A stretch of DNA of 64,000 nucleotides from Mobula hypostoma (Eukaryota), in the NCBI RefSeq assembly GCF_963921235.1, contig NC_086097.1:15004001-15068000 (forward strand), in the 5' to 3' direction. Below are positions 12,504-25,125 of the stretch, piece after piece. Position 1 is the stretch's first letter. The number at the start of each line of letters is the position of its first letter. The notes below the pieces were generated by a model that saw only the letters and a program-made list of their open reading frames with translations, was not told the DNA's origin and made no database searches. Both the position numbers and the translations under genes were made by a program.

Positions 12504-12609
12504 TCTGTAACAATTCAGTTATCAGATTCATTACTTCCTTTGTGGAAACAGTGGCTGCAGCCCCACCTCCTCCTGATTTTTGTGTTTTCACTCGACTCTT
12601 CTTGCCCAT
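12504..12609 (-). CDS. SETD3: SETD3 first coding exon (106 nt CDS)
   Basis: Translates MGKKSRVKTQKSGGGGAAATVSTKEVMNLITELLQ, matching the vertebrate SETD3 N-terminus. ATG at 12609; acceptor ttttctgacAG just upstream (exon probably starts 12613); donor A|GTAAGT at 12503. Confidence 0.96.
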
Positions 12610-14180
12610 TTTTCTGTCAGAAAATACAGCAGATCAGAATTGCACATTAATTGAGTCTACACATTAAGAAAGCCAGAGGCCGGCAATTATTAAAAGGCTT
12701 TCAAGTAACAAGTCCCCTCAGCTTTACACCAAACATTGATAACAGACCCAGCAGGGTCGATTGAATTGAATTCCTCATTAGGGAAAAAAAGTATGTTTTG
12801 TGTTTTAAAGTAATTAACATTAAAGGTAAATAAATTTATTGTTGCTTAATTTTTTTTCCCCAATTGGTTCCACAAGATTCTGATCATGGGTGCTGTGGTA
12901 GCGTAGCAGTTGCTGTGACGCTATTACAGCTTGGAGTGTGAAGAGTCCAGTGCCATCTGTAAGGACTTCATACGTTCATCTTGTGAGCAAGTGGGTTTCC
13001 TCCCACATTTCAAATACCTACAGGTTAATAGGTTAATTGATTATTGTAAATTGTCCTGTGATTAGACTAGGGCTAAATTGGTAGGTTGTTGGATGTCGTG
13101 GGTCTTGGGCCAGGAAGGAGGGTGGGAGGGAGGGACAGATAACCTGAAAAATGTTGCTTCTGCTGATAAAAGCCTGAATATTCACTAGAGAATAGATTAT
13201 CCACAAAGATGAAACTCAAGCATCTTTCCTACTGCGGAGCTCAATAGTTAACCTATCGAACCAGTAGGAATCTTATCTCAAAATTGCATTTGTACTTGTA
13301 ATATGAATTAATATGTTCCTAACCCTTTAGAGCTCAAGAGGAAATTGTATAAGGTGTAGGATTAATAGAATTCTGAACGCATCAGTAGAGAATGCAAACT
13401 GATAAGAGTCGCGTTTAGCACAACCCGACTACAGCTTGGGGCATTACAGTTCGGAGTGCAATCTCGTACCCGCGGTAAAGAGTTTTTCCCTTCGCCCCGT
13501 GGAATGCATGAGTTTCCTCTGGGTCCTTTGGTTTCCTCCCACAGTCTCAAGACATACCAGTTGGTAGATTAATTGGTCATTATAAATTGCCCTATGATTA
13601 AGTTAGGGTTAAACTAGAGTTTGTTGGGGATTACTGTCAGCACAGCTCAAAGGGATGGAAACGCCTACTCCGCGCTGTAACTCTAAAATAAAGTAAACTT
13701 TTAAAAAAATCTAAAAAGTATCAGTAGGGAGAAATATTGAACAGTGGCAGAGAAGATAGTGCAAAGTGTCCTTGTGGGTAAAAGAAAAAAGAACGATTAG
13801 AAGCACACTGCATGTTAATAATCAAAAGTAAATTTAAAACAAATGGAACATCTCAAACACAAGCAAAATCATAACTTGCGCTCAGCAACTGCACACTGGG
13901 AAGCTTGGAGCGGTTCTGATTTGGAAGCAGGAATCAATGGGTTGTTAAACAGGCCTCAATGGGACAGGTAAAGAAGCAAAATCTGTAAACTAAATTTGAG
14001 CTGGAGCACAGGACACAACCTATCAAAAGCCAACCTTGTTGATGCTAGTTAATTGTAATTCATGTACAAGTCAGCATGTATAATCTTCTAGGTAGACCAT
14101 ATATCTAACAAAAAAAAAATCACTCACAAAATATTTGTGGATCCAAATACAAAGACTATGACTTTGGATTGTTGAGCTAA

Positions 14181-14660
14181 GGTGGCCAGTGCGATCATGT
14201 TTGCTGTTGTGTGCTGGGGCAGCAGGCTGAGGGTAGCAGACACCAACAGAATCAACAAACTCATTCGTAAGGCCAGAGATGTTGTGGGGATGGAACTGGA
14301 CTCTCTCACGGTGGTGTCTGAAAAGAGGATGCTGTCCAAGTTGCATGCCATCTTGGTCAATGTCTCCCATCCACTACGTAATGTACTGGTTGGGCACAGG
14401 AGTACATTCAGCCAGAGACTCATTCCACCGAGATGCAACACAGAGCGTCATAGGAAGTCATTCCTGCCTCTGGCCATCAAACTTTACAACTCCTCCCTTG
14501 GAGGGTCAGACACCCTGAGCCAATAGGCTGGTTCTGGACTTATTTCCTGGCATAATTTACATATTACTATTTAATTATTTATAGTTTCATTACTATTTAA
14601 TTATTTATGGTGCAACTGTAACCAATTTCCCCTGGGATCAATAAAGTATGACTATGACTA
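14181..14660 (+). mobile_element. Rex1/Babar-type LINE 3' fragment
   Basis: ORF 14182-14526 VASAIMFAVVCWGS...SHPL...RHRKSFLPLAIKLYN; tail AATAAAGTATGACTATGACTA. Confidence 0.82.
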
Positions 14661-16307
14661 ATAAGCCAAGTGAATTCCTTTGTCCATTTATCAGAAAAGA
14701 AACAGATTTGGAGAATTTGGCAAGTTCAGAAGCATCGATATAAAGGGAGGGGGCTACTTACTTGAGCAAGTCTAGTACTTTGTCCAAATGCCTCCTATTC
14801 TTAAAGACACAAAAGAAAATTGGAACAACTTCCAAAAAAAAATCACACTGATGGATAGTGTAATTAGGCACTCTGAACAGGGAAACACTAAATCCAGCAG
14901 TTTAACTGTGCAACAGTAAATCATTCAATCTGTGATCAACTTACACTGCTAAAAATCAAAGGTATTAAATGGACTAAAAAAAACATCTATATTAGCAGTT
15001 CCCAAAGATTAAGGCCAATGCTGTAAATAATAACAGCTTTTACAGCCTAGAGATGGCCTATTTCAGCACAAAGCAGTAACCACCGTGGTTACTGCAGATG
15101 CCCCGGAGGGGAAAGAGAATAATAGTTTTGAAATGAAACTATCTTAGTATAAAAATATTCCCCCCCCCCCAACAATTGTTACATAAAAAGAATTGTTCAG
15201 AGTAGTATTAAAACTAATCTGACAGATCTCTGAGGGCGGAATCCCACTCCGTGCTTGGAGTGGAACCCAAGATTACCATTAATCGTACAACTACTGTTGG
15301 TGGCAGTGTCAGTCAGTGCCACACAGGAAAAGAAAATCATGTTGCTGCTTCAGGACTAACTGTGAAATACACAATACTAGCAATTTTAAATAGATTGTCA
15401 GCAAATTTTGCAATCAAACCAGGAGCAGAATTACGCTATTCAGGCCTTGGAGCCTACCCTGCCATTCGATCATGGCTGATTCATTTTCCCCACTCAACCC
15501 CTTCTCCCTTCAACCTTTGACACACTCACTAATCAAGAATTTTTCAGCTTCTGGTTTAAATATATCAAGTGCTGCAACAAAACTGAATGGGTTCCTATAA
15601 TTTAAGATCAAATGATTTCTTCCAAGTGATAATAAGGTAGAAGGGGCAGAGATTTTCATTTTAAAAATCTACTATATGCTTATCTTAGTGTTTGTGTAAA
15701 TTGGTGAAATAACTGGCCACTGAACTTCCAATCCCAAAAACCAACATGACAATAGCATATAACTTGTATAACATACGTAATGCAATAAAATATACTGGAA
15801 GATGCCTCCAAAATTCTTGAAAGTCTATAAGGAGATACAACCAAATCCACACTAGATTTTGTATGAAGTAGAAAGTTGCAATCTGATGGCATTTGAACCA
15901 GAGGAGCCTAGAGGTACAAGTGTGTGGAGGGACCTTGAGGTCCAAGTCCATACTGCAGCTTCCCCGACAGTTCATGGGTGGCAAAGGTGGCACACGGCAC
16001 GCTTTAGTCAAGGAGATGAGTTCAAGAGTCGGGAAGTTATGTTGCATCTTTATAAAACTCTAGTTAGTATTCTGGCATTTTGGTCACACATTATAGGATG
16101 TTGAGGCTTTGGAGAGGGTGCAGAAGACGCTTAACTGGTGGGCAGACTTGCATTGTTTTCTCTGGTGTGGGGCAGCACGAGGGAAAAATCTAATAAAGGT
16201 TTATATGATCATGAGAGGCAAAGATAGAGCAGACAGCCAGTATCTTTTTCCCGGGGTTGAAATGTCTAATACCAGAGGGCATACATTTAAATTGAGATGG
16301 GGCAAAT

Positions 16308-16315
<8 letters not shown>

Positions 16316-16348
<33 letters not shown>

Positions 16349-16361
16349 ACACACACACACA
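16316..16361. repeat. (CA)n microsatellite
   Basis: CA run with one TA interruption. Confidence 0.95.
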
Positions 16362-16402
16362 AATGCCTACATTAATTGCAAGCATAATTCTCCCACTGTG
16401 TT

Positions 16403-16682
16403 GGCGCGTGGCCAGGTGGTTAAGGTGTTGGTCTAGTGATTTGAAGATCGAGCCTCAGCTGAGGCAGCGTGTGTGTCCTTGAGCAAGACACTTAACCACA
16501 CATTGCTCTGCGACGACACCAGTGCTAAGCTGTATCGGCCCTAGTGCCCCTCCCTTGGACAACATTGGTGGTGTGGAGAGGGGAGACTTGCAGCATGGGC
16601 AACTGCCGGTCTTCCATACAACCTTGCCCAGGCCTGCGCCCTGGAAACCTTCCAAGGCGCAAATCATGGTCTCATGAGACTA
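16403..16682 (+). mobile_element. Second copy of the tRNA/CORE-like SINE
   Basis: Colinear with 6176-6473. Confidence 0.85.
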
Positions 16683-19600
16683 TACTATACTTAATTCTTA
16701 ATTCCCCCATCCACAAGTTTTGGATATTTAAGCAGATGAACAACAATCAAAGTTGCAAAGTCCAACCACCCTGCCCAAGATTGCTTCCAAAGTTCTTTAG
16801 TTCCACTATTACACAAGTTTTCTATTCTCTCAAAATTGCTTGCTTTTGCCGGATTAAATGCCTTACTGATTTAGATAACGAATTAAATCCTTTCACAAAC
16901 TATTAACAGCATCTTCCTTGGTTGCCGTACTCACTTTGGTACTTTGTAACTATTCTCTGGTACTATATATACAGGGAAGATCAAGAAATTTAAATTATAT
17001 CCAAACACAAGAATTTTTCCGTCAGTAATTATGTGCTTGGATCTGATCATAAACTTTAATTGCTTAAATTTACTTGTAGCATACAATGTATTGCAAATCA
17101 GAAAAGAAATCTTGACAGCCAGAGAAAAACGCTGAATCATTTGCAGGCCACAGCAAATCTTGGCACCTCAATCAAAACTTACATTTTTAAAGATGATTGA
17201 GAGTTGGAGTCACTGAAGAGCAAAAATCTGGGCTGTTACTCCAGTGTTAGAGAAGAAGTCATGCACTACTAAATATAGTTTTGATGTGGAAAGGACTTTT
17301 CCAATAGAAGGAGCGTCTAGGACCAGAGGGCACAACCTCAGAATACAAGGACATCATTTTAGAACATAGATGAGGAGGAATTTCTTCAGCTAGAAGGCAG
17401 AGAATCTGTACAATTCTGTCCAAATGGCTGCGGAGGCCAAGTCATTGGGTATATTTAAAGCAGAGGTTCCTGATTAGTAAGGGAATCAAAGATTAAGGGA
17501 AGGACAATAAATGGCCAAATTTGCTCATGTGTCTTATGGTCATATGTTTTCTTTCCAATGAGAGGTTTCATGGAGGCTCAATATTCATTTTCAGGAGAAT
17601 ATGAAGCTCCAAAAGCATCATTTCAAAAACTGGGGGTGTTACTCCTATTGTTCCAGCAAGCACTTACCTCCAACCAATATCCAACAGGAGATCTGATCAT
17701 GACCAGATTTCTCTTTGTGAGAACTTGCTTGGGCACAAATTGACTGTTGCAGCAGTGCTTTGGAAGTAGTTTACTGACTTTTTTGTTTGAAGTCCAGAGG
17801 TTACAAAGATACCATACAAATTTAAACATTCATATGTGCATTTGCTTAGAGGCTGAGGTCCAAGCTATCAACTTCATTGAAGCATGCCAAAGTAAGGGCC
17901 TTGCACTGAACATCCATGGACTTCTTGTAGAGCCAGAAAAATGGTGAATAGAATTTAAACTGCATTTCAGAAAAAAATATTTGAGAGGAAGTACCATACA
18001 TATATACAGAAAGGTGCTGGAAGAGGGCCAGTAATATCATAAAGGATCCCATCCACCCTGCACATAGACTGTTTGTCCTTCTCCTATCAAGGAAAAGGAT
18101 CTGTAGCATCCATGACAGGAACACCAGACTGAAAAAGAGTTACTTTCTCCAAGCAGTAAGGGCGAACAACAACTCCACCTACTAACGCCATCACCACTCT
18201 ATTATTTTCCAGCATCACCGTATGTATAGCCTAGCATCATTTTATTGACATACAATCAACGTATACAAGCTATCTTATGTATTTACATTTGTGTGTCTTA
18301 TTATTATTGTATCCTTTATCTTTTGTGGGTTTTTGAGCTGCATCGGATCTGGAGTAACAATTATTTCGTTCTCCTTTACACTTGTGTACAGGAAATGACA
18401 TTAAACAATCTTGAAAATAGCTTATCAGATTGCCCAACAAGAACCCACACCCTTGCCAAGCATCACCTATTTCACCTTGGGTAGAAGTTAAAAATCCAGT
18501 ATGGATCTCATCTCTCACCTTTGATCCCAAGAACTGAACAGGAAGCTGGATATTTTTGATCTCAAAGAACTGCTGAAGATTGTATAGAGCTCTGGTCACA
18601 TTACATAAGGATATGACTGAACCAGAGGACACAGCACAGATTTACAACAATACTGCCAGTTAGAGAAGTTGAGTCATGTCAAAAAAATTGATTGAATTGG
18701 GGCCTTTTCTTTTAGAAAAGAGGAAGTGGAAAGTTATTTAACTGAGATGGATAAAGTTACGACAGTTACAGGATGAATTTCCTTTAACGGAGGATCACCA
18801 TCAAGAGTACAGTTCTAAAGCAATTGAAGAGTGAAGCAGAGTTGAGGAATTGCTTTTCTAAAACCAAAGGTGTAGTGACTAAGCATGACAGGATGGTGAA
18901 AGAAAAATCCTCAACACATTTAAAAAGTACTTCATTCACCATCACCCACAAAGCTATAAACTGAGGCACAGTCAATTTTGTCCAAATAGTTTGACTGGTG
19001 TGATTATAATAGATTACCTCGTGATGACTCCTTCTGTGACATACATTTCAATAGTTCCCTGGCTTCCTTTTTATGACCATCTTTAAAGGGGATGATTTGA
19101 TCAAATGGATTTTGATCATCCCATGCAGCGATTGCCTATTATTTTGTCAAGAAAATTACAACCTTGCAAAATACTTTCAGACATTTTTGTAGTTAAAACT
19201 ATTACTCAAGTACAAAATTCTGTCTCACTGTTTGATCATGCACAAGCTCGGGCAGTACAATTAGGTTGAAACAAGACAATGTCAGACTTTCCAGTGGAAT
19301 GTGGAAACCTATTTTAAAGCACAATTTTCCCCAGGCACAGAAAAGACAATAACTTGCTGCTGGATATGGCTACGCTTGTATTGTGGGATAAACTTTAATA
19401 AAACTGTGGGAAAGAAATGAATGCTTACTGTATATTAGTGATGATAATATGCTGAAGTTAGCAGGAATATTCATTCCTGAAAGATAGAAAGAAAATAATC
19501 TCTGTAAATTAACAGTTGAGTCTTAAAAAGCTGCAAGTGTTGCTTTTCAGTACACCTGGAGTGTTCTATTGTGGAGAGTATGTTCAAACATGTTCAATAT

Positions 19601-20094
19601 TTCTTCAAAGACACTTCAACTTCTGCTTCAATTTAACACTGTGCAGGAAAGTTTTAAGCTTGCTTCCCCAAAGTTGGTCTGTGGACCCCAGGTTGGGAAT
19701 CCCTAGCTGGTAAGGTAGCTGATGAAAGATCAGTGACATTAGGGCACTACATATTACAAAAATCACCAAATATTCCAAGGTTCAAGATTGTTTATTGTCA
19801 TTCTTCAGTACACAAGTCTGCAGATGAATGAAATGATTCAGATCCAATGCAGGATTGAAAAAAAATATAAGCAAATCATATAAAACTTAATGTACAACTA
19901 ACTGTTGAGTGTGGCTGGATATACACAAGATTAGCTTATATACATGGACTTATTGTATGTCAATATACTGCAGGAGTATCTGAACACAAGATGACTGACA
20001 GGAATTGATAAAGTGGCAAAGACCACAAGACTAACAGACAACAGCAGAATTAGGCCATTCCACCATGAGTGATTTATTATCCCTCTTAACCCCA

Positions 20095-20800
20095 TTCAGA
20101 ATCAGAATCAGATTTATTATCACTGGCAAGTGATGTGGCATTTCGTTAACTTAGCAGCAGCAGTCCAATGTAATACATAATAGGGAAAAAAATAAATGAA
20201 AGAAAAATAACAATAAATTACAGTATATGTATATTGAATAGATTAAAAAATAACATGCAAAAACAAATATTGCATATTAAAAAGTGAGGTAGTGTCCAAG
20301 GGTTCAATGGCCATTTAGGAAACAAATGGCAGAGGGAAAGAAGCTGTTCCTGAATCGCTGAGTGTGTGCCTTCAGGCTTCTGTACCTCCTAACTTACGTT
20401 AACAGTGAGAAAAGGCCCTGTCCTGGGTGCTGGAGGTCCATAATATACGATGCTGCCTTTTTGAGACACAGCTTCCTGAAGATGTTCTTGGTACTTTGTA
20501 GGTGAGTCCCCAAGATGGAGCTGACTAGATTTACAACCCTCCGCAGCTTCTTTCAGTCCTGTGCAGTAGCCCCTCCATACCAGACAGCGATGCAGCCTGT
20601 CAGAATGCTCTCCATGGTACAACTGTAGAGGTTTTTGAGTGTATTTGTTGACATGTCAAATCTCTTCAAACTCCTAACGAAGTATAGTCACTGTCTTGCC
20701 TTCTTTATAACTACATCGATCTGTTGGAACCAGGTTAGATCCGCAGAGATCTTGACACCCAGGAACTTGAAACTGCTCACTTTCTCCACTTTTGATCCCC
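20095..20800 (-). mobile_element. Rex1/Babar-type LINE 3' fragment
   Basis: Antisense YSCTMESILTGCIAVWYG motif; AGAATCAGAATCAG tail; colinear with 58140-58810. Confidence 0.8.
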
Positions 20801-22354
20801 ATAACCTTTTCGCCATAACATATGACGCCTATCTATATGTGCCATGATGTTCAGGATTTGCTGATGATCACTTTCTGATCCTACACATTTCAGGAGCATC
20901 TTAACCACATTTGCATTTCTTTTCAAATGTAGTCCTGAACACAAACACCCGCCACCCAGGCTGTGCTCTCTTACCAATGCTGCCATTGGGCAGGGGGTAC
21001 AGGAGTCTTGGCCCACACCAACAGGTTCAGGAATAGTTATTACCCTTCATCCATCAGGTTCCTGAAGCAGCGTGGATAACTTCAATCAACACTGAACTGA
21101 TTCCACAACCTATGGACTCACTTTCACAGACTCCACAACTCGACTTCTCAGTATCATTTACATATTTATCTTTGGGTTTTTTTCTGTATTTGTAGATTAT
21201 CTTCTTTTGCACAGTGGTTGTTTGTCTTTGTGTGTTTCCCCCCCCCCCCCCATTCATGATATTGTATTTCTTTAATCTACTACAAATGCCCACAAGAAAA
21301 TGAATCTCAGGGTGGTATGTGGTAACATACGTATTTTGATAATAAATTTACTTTGAACAATCTCCTGCCAAACAAGGAAAAGCAGATTAATGGAGAGATG
21401 AACAACCTTCTGGAGGAACTCATCGGGCTGAGCACTGGGGGAGGGGCTGCGGGTGGTGAGGGACAGAGGAATTGTCAGTGCTACCGGGATACAACACTAG
21501 AGGTTATAGCTTTACTTCTGGTCAAGATGGTGCCAGTGTGCAACGCTCCCACTTTGCTGTCTCCGAGATTCCAGGAAGACAGCGCCCACTTGAATGGTCT
21601 CAATGCGAAGATACTTCAAGACGGGGCGCGAGCCAATGTTCGACTCCATTTCACCGGTTAAGATGTCCATTCATCACCAATTAGAGTATCGAAGAAGATT
21701 GAGACAGCAAGGCAAATATGGAAAGCGAGCGAGAGTTCAACGCAGACTACTTGCCCTCTAATCGCTGCCGGAGAGGGAGTCTGTGAGCAGCCTGTTGCTT
21801 TGTGGCTCACTGTGGCAGGCAGGTAGGCCTCTCTGCACTCATGTGGTCCCTCACTTTCAATGTTGGAGATACCGTCGCATGGTAATGTAGTTCTGCGTTT
21901 ATGGATTGGACTATTGCGTTTATAGACCGTGGACTTTTTCAGCCTTATGGTTTTTATATACTGTGTTTTTTAATAATTGCCTGTTCCTTTCCTGTTTTTC
22001 TGAGGGGAGGGTGCTCGGGGGTTGATGTTCTGTTGGTTCTTTTGCGCAGGGGAGAGAGTATTGGGTGTTGATGATTGTGATACCATTCTTCTTGTATGGG
22101 GGGGGGTGGGAGTAGGTTTGATGTTCTGCTCTGAATGACCTTCCTGTTCTGTCTTTGTTTCATGGCCATCTGCAGAAGACAAATTTCAAGTTGTATATGG
22201 ATACATGCTTTGATGATAAATGAACCTTTGAATTGGAAGAGGAAATCGGAAAGTTTAATGAAAATGTGCAGGATAAGTAGTTTTATTTTTGAACAGAAGA
22301 GTTGTGTGGGCCTGGAAACATGAAAAGTGGCAGTGGTATCCGACACAATTGTGG

Positions 22355-22680
22355 CATTAAGAGAGGCATAACCTTGTCATCGGGTTTGGAGGCTTGTCTG
22401 CCTCAACCCAGAGAACTATGTTGGTTAGGGTCTTGTGCTCTGACTCTTGGTAGGGTCACCCATGCCAAACAGGTCAAAGGGTAGAGGCCAGACTAAGGGT
22501 GGTCCACCAAATTTGGGGCTTCAGCTCAGGGCTAACAACCCAGACTGGTCAAAAAAAGAAAAAAGAAATTGTTACAGAAACAGCAACAAAGAATCCTTCT
22601 GTGTGCAACCAAGGACAGACAAGAGATGGAGGACTTTCATGGCTGTTCTAAACGCCAGTGGCATAATAGGCAGTAATGCA
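22355..22680 (+). mobile_element. Short RTE-LINE-derived non-autonomous element
   Basis: 5' ACCTTGTCATCGGGTTTGGAGGCTTG and 3' ATGGAGGACTTTCATGGCTG...GGCAGTAA resemble RTE termini. Confidence 0.45.
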
Positions 22681-23459
22681 ATAATGAAAAGGTAGGCATG
22701 GGAACATGCAGGGAGTTGGGGGGGGGAGTGGGGGCATGGATTATGTGCCGGAGATTTAGTATAATTTAGCATCATGATTAGCACTGACATCATGTGCTGA
22801 AGGGCCTGTACCTGTGTGGTATTGTTTTAGGTTCTTAAGATTATCCTATGCATGTGTCCGAGGCAAAGCAAAAAGTATGACAATAAATGGTTAAGGTGCA
22901 GTTTAAGATTTACGCAGCACATTCAGCTTTCATGACCTGTTTATAAAATCCACAACCATGAAGGAATGTTTGGCAAGCTAGTTTGGTTTGGAGATTGAGA
23001 AAAACAGAACTGCATTTCATTATGTCACAATGATGCATTTTGTTTTCACTTGCACCATTCTGTTGCAAGATTAAAAAAAGTGCCCAATAATCTTTAAAAT
23101 GGAAAGCAACCCTCCTCAAAAAGTTTCTTATTTCAATCGCATTTCTTTATTCTTGTACCAGCTCCCTTGGCTACTGAGCAGCAGCTACTTCACAGCATGG
23201 TAATAAAAGCAAAGTATTACAGATAATGGAAACCTTAAAGCACAAATACACAAATCCTGAGCAGGTCAGGCAATATCGTTGGACAGATCAGGACAATTCC
23301 TCCATCTGCAAATGCCCAACAACTACAATGCCAGCAATATTTGTTCTATTTTTATGTTAACGATTTTACTTTGAAGAAACCTTTTCATTAATCTTCTGCT
23401 TTACTTCTCCTTTTGTACTCCTGCTTGTTACTATAATAGTGTACCGACATTTCCTCTGC

Positions 23460-25125
23460 ACAGAAAGGGTAGAACGAGAGAACACACACTGGTCCTCATC
23501 AAGGGATCAGTAGTGGAAAGAATGTGCAATTTCCAGTTTCTTTGTGTCAACATATCTGTGGATCCATCCCAAACCCAACATATCGATGTAGCTACAAACA
23601 AGGCTCGACAGTGGCTATATCTCATTAGGAGTCTGAGAAGAATTGGTACGTCACCAAAGACACTCACAAATTTCTACAGCTGTACCATGGAGAGCATTCT
23701 AACTGGCTGCATCACCGTCTGGTTGGGGGGTGGGGGCTACTGCACAGGATCAAAATGAGCTGCAGAGAGTTGCAAACTCAGTCAGCTCCATCATGGGCAC
23801 TAGCCTCCATAGTATCCAAGACATCTTCAATGAACGTTGCCTCAAAAAGGTGGTATCCATCATTAAGGACCACCCCACCCCACCATCACCCAGGTTATTA
23901 AATGCAGCATCTCCAAGTTTGCGGATGACACGAAGCTAGGTGGCAGTGTTAGCTGTGAGGAGGATGCTAAGAGGATGCAGAGTGACTTGGATAGGTTGGG
24001 TGAGTGGGCAAATTCATGGCAGATGCAATTTAATGTGGATAAATGTGAAGTTATCCACTTTGGTGGCAAAAATAGGAAAACAGATTATTATCTGAATGGT
24101 GGCCAATTAGGAAAAGGGGAGGTGCTACGAGACCTGGGTGTCATTATACACCAGTCATTGAAAGTGGGCATGCAGGTACAGCAGGCGGTGAAAAAGGCGA
24201 ATGGTATGCTGGCATTTATAGCGAGAGGATTCGAGTACAGGAGCAGGGAGGTACTACTGCAGTTGTACAAGGCCTTGGTGAGACCACACCTGGAGTATTG
24301 TGTGCAGTTTTGGTCCCCTAATCTGAGGAAAGACATCCTTGCCATAGAGGGAGTACAAAGAAGGTTCACCAGATTGATTCCTGGGATGGCAGGACTTTCA
24401 TATGAAGAAAGACTGGATGAACTGGGCTTGTACTCGTTGGAATTTAGAAGATTGAGGGGGGATCTGATTGAAACGTATAAAATCCTAAAGGGATTGGACA
24501 GGCTAGATGCAGGAAGATTGTTCCCGATGTTGGGGAAGTCCAGAACGAGGGGTCACAGTTTGAGGATAGAGGGGAAGCCTTTTAGGACCGAGATTAGGAA
24601 AAACTTCTTTACACAGAGAGTGGTGAATCTGTGGAATTCTCTGCCACAGGAAACAGTTGAGGCCAGTTCATTGGCTATATTTAAGAGGGAGTTAGATATG
24701 GCCCTTGTGGCTACGGGGATCAGTGGGTATGGAGGGAAGGCTGGGGCGGGGTTCTGAGTTGGATGATCAGCCATGATCATAATAAATGGCGGTGCAGGCT
24801 CGAAGGGCCGAATGGCCTACTCCTGCACCTATTTTCTATGTTTCTATGTTATGCCCTGTCCTCATCACTACCATCTGGTAGGAGATACAGAAGCCTGAAG
24901 GCACACACTCAACAATTCAGGAACAGCTCCTTCCCCTCTGCCATCCGGTTTCTGAATGGACACTGAACCCATGAACTCTACCTCACTACTTTATTTCTAT
25001 TTTGCACTACTAATTTAATTATTGCATACATTTATTGTAATTCACTTTTGTTCTACTGTAGTGTACTGCTGCCGCAAAGACAACAAATTTCACAATGTGC
25101 CAGTGACATTAAACCAGATTCTGAG
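23460..25125 (+). mobile_element. Rex1/Babar-type LINE 3' fragment split by a CR1 insertion
   Basis: KARQWLYLIRSLRR...FYSCTMESILTGCITVW before 23896; resumes ALSSSLPSGRRYRSLKAHT after 24848. Confidence 0.85.
23897..24848 (+). mobile_element. Young 5'-truncated CR1 LINE (RT C-terminus and 3' UTR)
   Basis: ISKFADDTKLGG...WQMQFNVDKCEVIHFG...LYKALVRPHLEYCVQFWSP open to stop 24757; (TTTCTATG)n tail. Confidence 0.93.

Noticed and set aside
6176..16682. SINE pair flanking SETD3 exons as a circRNA-promoting duplex
   Set aside because: Both copies are in the same orientation and cannot pair.
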